From contig MU061578.1 of NCBI GenBank assembly GCA_013265495.1, forward strand, positions 877,308-941,307: a DNA stretch of 64,000 nt, in the 5' to 3' direction. The translations under genes were made by a program, and so were the position numbers. Position 1 is the first letter of the stretch, and the number at the start of each line of letters is the position of its first letter. The DNA is from Vicugna vicugna. Its lineage: Eukaryota. A model generated the notes under the pieces. The model did no database searches. It had not been told where the DNA came from and was given only the letters and a program-made list of their open reading frames with translations. Shown here piece by piece: positions 61,356 through 64,000 of the stretch.

Positions 61356-64000
61356 GTGAGTTCATCAGGCGAAGGCCTCAAATTTTCCCCTTCCAGGTCT
61401 GTCCATCCAGATGGGGCAGCAGCATCATATTTTTTTTAAAAAAGTCACATGGGTCCGAGAGTGCATGCCGACACTTGGACAAAGAATAATTCTGAAAAAT
61501 CCTCAGCACTACAGGCTATAGAGAGCAGATCTTATGCGAAAGGGGGAAGAAAAGATCAATATAAAGAAAAAAAATGCTCTGGATGTAATTGAAGTCATAC
61601 ATTTGTACATGACTTCTGCTATACGCCCAATTACTGCTATTTATCAAAGAGTAGACAACATTGAACCTGGCAGCATGAAAAACAAATTTTACTAAGTCAG
61701 AGGGAAAAAAAAATCATCAGAAAGAGAAGGGGGGGTGGAAAAGATACAAATAATAAATAATTCAATATTCTCAAGGAAAGCTGTTGGAGAAAAGGCCTGG
61801 TTGGATTCAAACATCAGACATGGGTCTGACAAGAGATGTATCGATTGAGACAATTCTATCATCATTATTCCAGCCGGAGTCCTTCACAAAAGCTGCTCTT
61901 TTTGCTCTGGTTTTTATTGCTGTAACTACCAACCTCCTGCTTATACCTCGATCTCTTTGAACCGGTATTCATTACAGCTTAAATCTTAAGCGTAAGCATA
62001 AGATGATAAACAGATTCTGTGTCTCCTGTTTGGCAAACACCAGGGCTCAGCTTCCCCAAAATCTAATAGGGCGGGAGGCTAGTCGCAATCTGCAGAAGAT
62101 TCCCACACTCCATGGAATAGGTTGTGTGCCTCATCTGTATAATTACCAAGGCAGGATATTTAGATTCGAGCGAGAGCGTATATTCAAAGCAAATATTGCC
62201 CACATCTAACAAAGAGTTGCCAAATGCTACACAGGAAGCGCTGGCAACAAACAGACCCTGGTTTGTTACTTTCAAGGCTATGAAAAGACACACTGACAAC
62301 ACATACCCCTAATGATTTTGTTCTTTTCTGCCCAGACTGGGTTTTCAAAACTGTATTTGTTCTTCCAACCAAGACAATAATAATAAAAAAAAAAGATCCT
62401 TTTAGGTCAAGGCAGATCGCAAACACACAGCAGTATAATTAGTGGAGGAAGAACACACCTCTGTGAGGCATCTGTGAAAAGCAGAACTACGTCTTCAGTG
62501 TTCGATGTGGTAATTACAACCGGATAGGAGGTGCCACGGAAAATTAACAGTCTCGCCGAGGCAGGAGAAGTAAACAGACGAAACAGGGGCTGCTGGAGGG
62601 TCGAGAGAGCAAGTCAATTTTGAGGAGAGATAAAAGAGTTGCCATGTCCGTGATGGCGGTGGGGAGGAGAGAGGGCAGTGGGCCCTGTTATCATCAGTTA
62701 ATTAAGCAGGAGGTCCACGCTCGCCTACGCCGCAACATTTGCCATGGTAATCAGATGTATTATTCAAATGTGCAGGAAAACAAATGCCACAGCAGGCCTG
62801 ACAGGGAGCCGCCATGTCTGCCCACTCCAAGGTGCTGATGCACGGAGCCAGGGGAGTGAGCGGGGTTCCGCTCCTTGAGGTCTAACCGATGGGGTGGCTT
62901 CCTTAAATTCAGGTGGGAGAAAGGAGGGTGGGTGGTGGGGGATGAGGAGAGTCTCTCTAAATTAAATACACTCTCTGGTCTGTGTTTGACAGCCAGCTAA
63001 GGTGAGTGCCAAGGAAGGAAAGACTGGGGTGGGGGCATCAGCTGGTGGAAGACAAGACAGCATCCAATTAAGCTAAGGGTGCAACATAAACGGCATTTAT
63101 CGGGTCTGAGGAGGGGGCTCTGGAAGGCTCAATGTCTTAGTTTACAGGGGAGAGAAGGAGAGAAAGAAAGGGGAAGAGAGAATGTAAGGGTGGCTACCAT
63201 CTTTTCTGGGCTTTCAAGAGAAAGGGGGCCAAAACGCCCCCAAATCTAAGATTCAGTCTCATCCAATAACGATCTGTGGCAAAGGACAGCTCAGTTCCGC
63301 CGGTCTTCCACCCCCAGTGAATGCTGCCCACTGATAAGCAATGACCTTAATGGTATCAGATGAAGCTTTGGGAAAATGAGACAGTGTGTGTGTTGGGTGG
63401 AGATGTGTAGTGGTTCATCTCTGCCCCTGAGACCTGACTCACACCCAGGAGGGACAGTGGTCATTTCATTGGATAGGAAGGTTTCTGGACACTCTGGGGC
63501 ATGGGAGAGAGTCAAGGTTGCCTGCCATACACAATTTCAGGAGCTGCTCCATCCTATGAGAAGTAGGGGTGAAGTCCCCCCACCCAGCCACGGACAGCAC
63601 ATGAGCTAGTCTGATACACTCTGGAAGACCTGCTTTATTCCCAGCCAACCCCTTCCTCTGCTATAATTATTTCACCAGCATGGGGCATGGAGGCTTCTGG
63701 GATGGATGTCATTCATCAGCCCTTGAAGCTGGTCCTCATATTCCCAAACTCAGAGGGGCGGATGGACCTGGGTTGGCCTGAGAGGCAGAGGTGAGGATAA
63801 GAAGTGGAAGGTGGGGATGGGCAGTGATGGGAAATGCCTTGGCCTCCAGTGGCCGAATTTGAGCTGAGAATCTTGTAGAATTCCCACACAATGACATGGG
63901 TGGCTGCCCCTGGGATGAGAGTGGAGGTGGTAGGACTGTGTGTGAGCTTACACAGTGTGTCCGAAGTGTCTCTAACTCAGTAAATCTGCAGCAAAGGGGA

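Noticed and set aside
1..64000. Assignment to a specific host gene or locus
   Set aside because: I recognised no coding exon. Naming the neighbouring gene requires alignment to a reference genome.

Overview
Mammalian genomic DNA with no protein-coding gene that I can support. A tRNA-derived SINE at 50996-51143 matches my recollection of the camelid-specific vic-1 family, and I saw no Alu, B1/B2 or Bov-tA elements, so a camelid (camel/alpaca/llama) origin is likely. The window is intronic or intergenic. It is dense in ancient repeats: MIR, L2, L1M 3' ends, MaLR LTRs (MLT1), and the DNA-transposon MITEs MER2, MER3, MER5, MER33, MER53 and MER58. Several keep intact target-site duplications (TSDs). 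Between them lie repeat-poor blocks rich in homeodomain/TALE motifs (~7.7-8.2, 19.8-21.3, 34.4-34.9, 42.0-42.5, 46.2-47.8 and 57-63 kb) that look like conserved non-coding enhancers of a developmental locus. The most unusual object is a MER41-like ERV1 LTR fragment (28863-29320). It ends in a poly(A) tail at the R/U5 position and has an L1-type TSD, so it appears to be an LTR transcript retroposed by L1 machinery. I found no CRISPR array or prokaryotic-type system. Repeat family names come from recalled consensus sequences, not a database search. Boundaries of old repeats are approximate.
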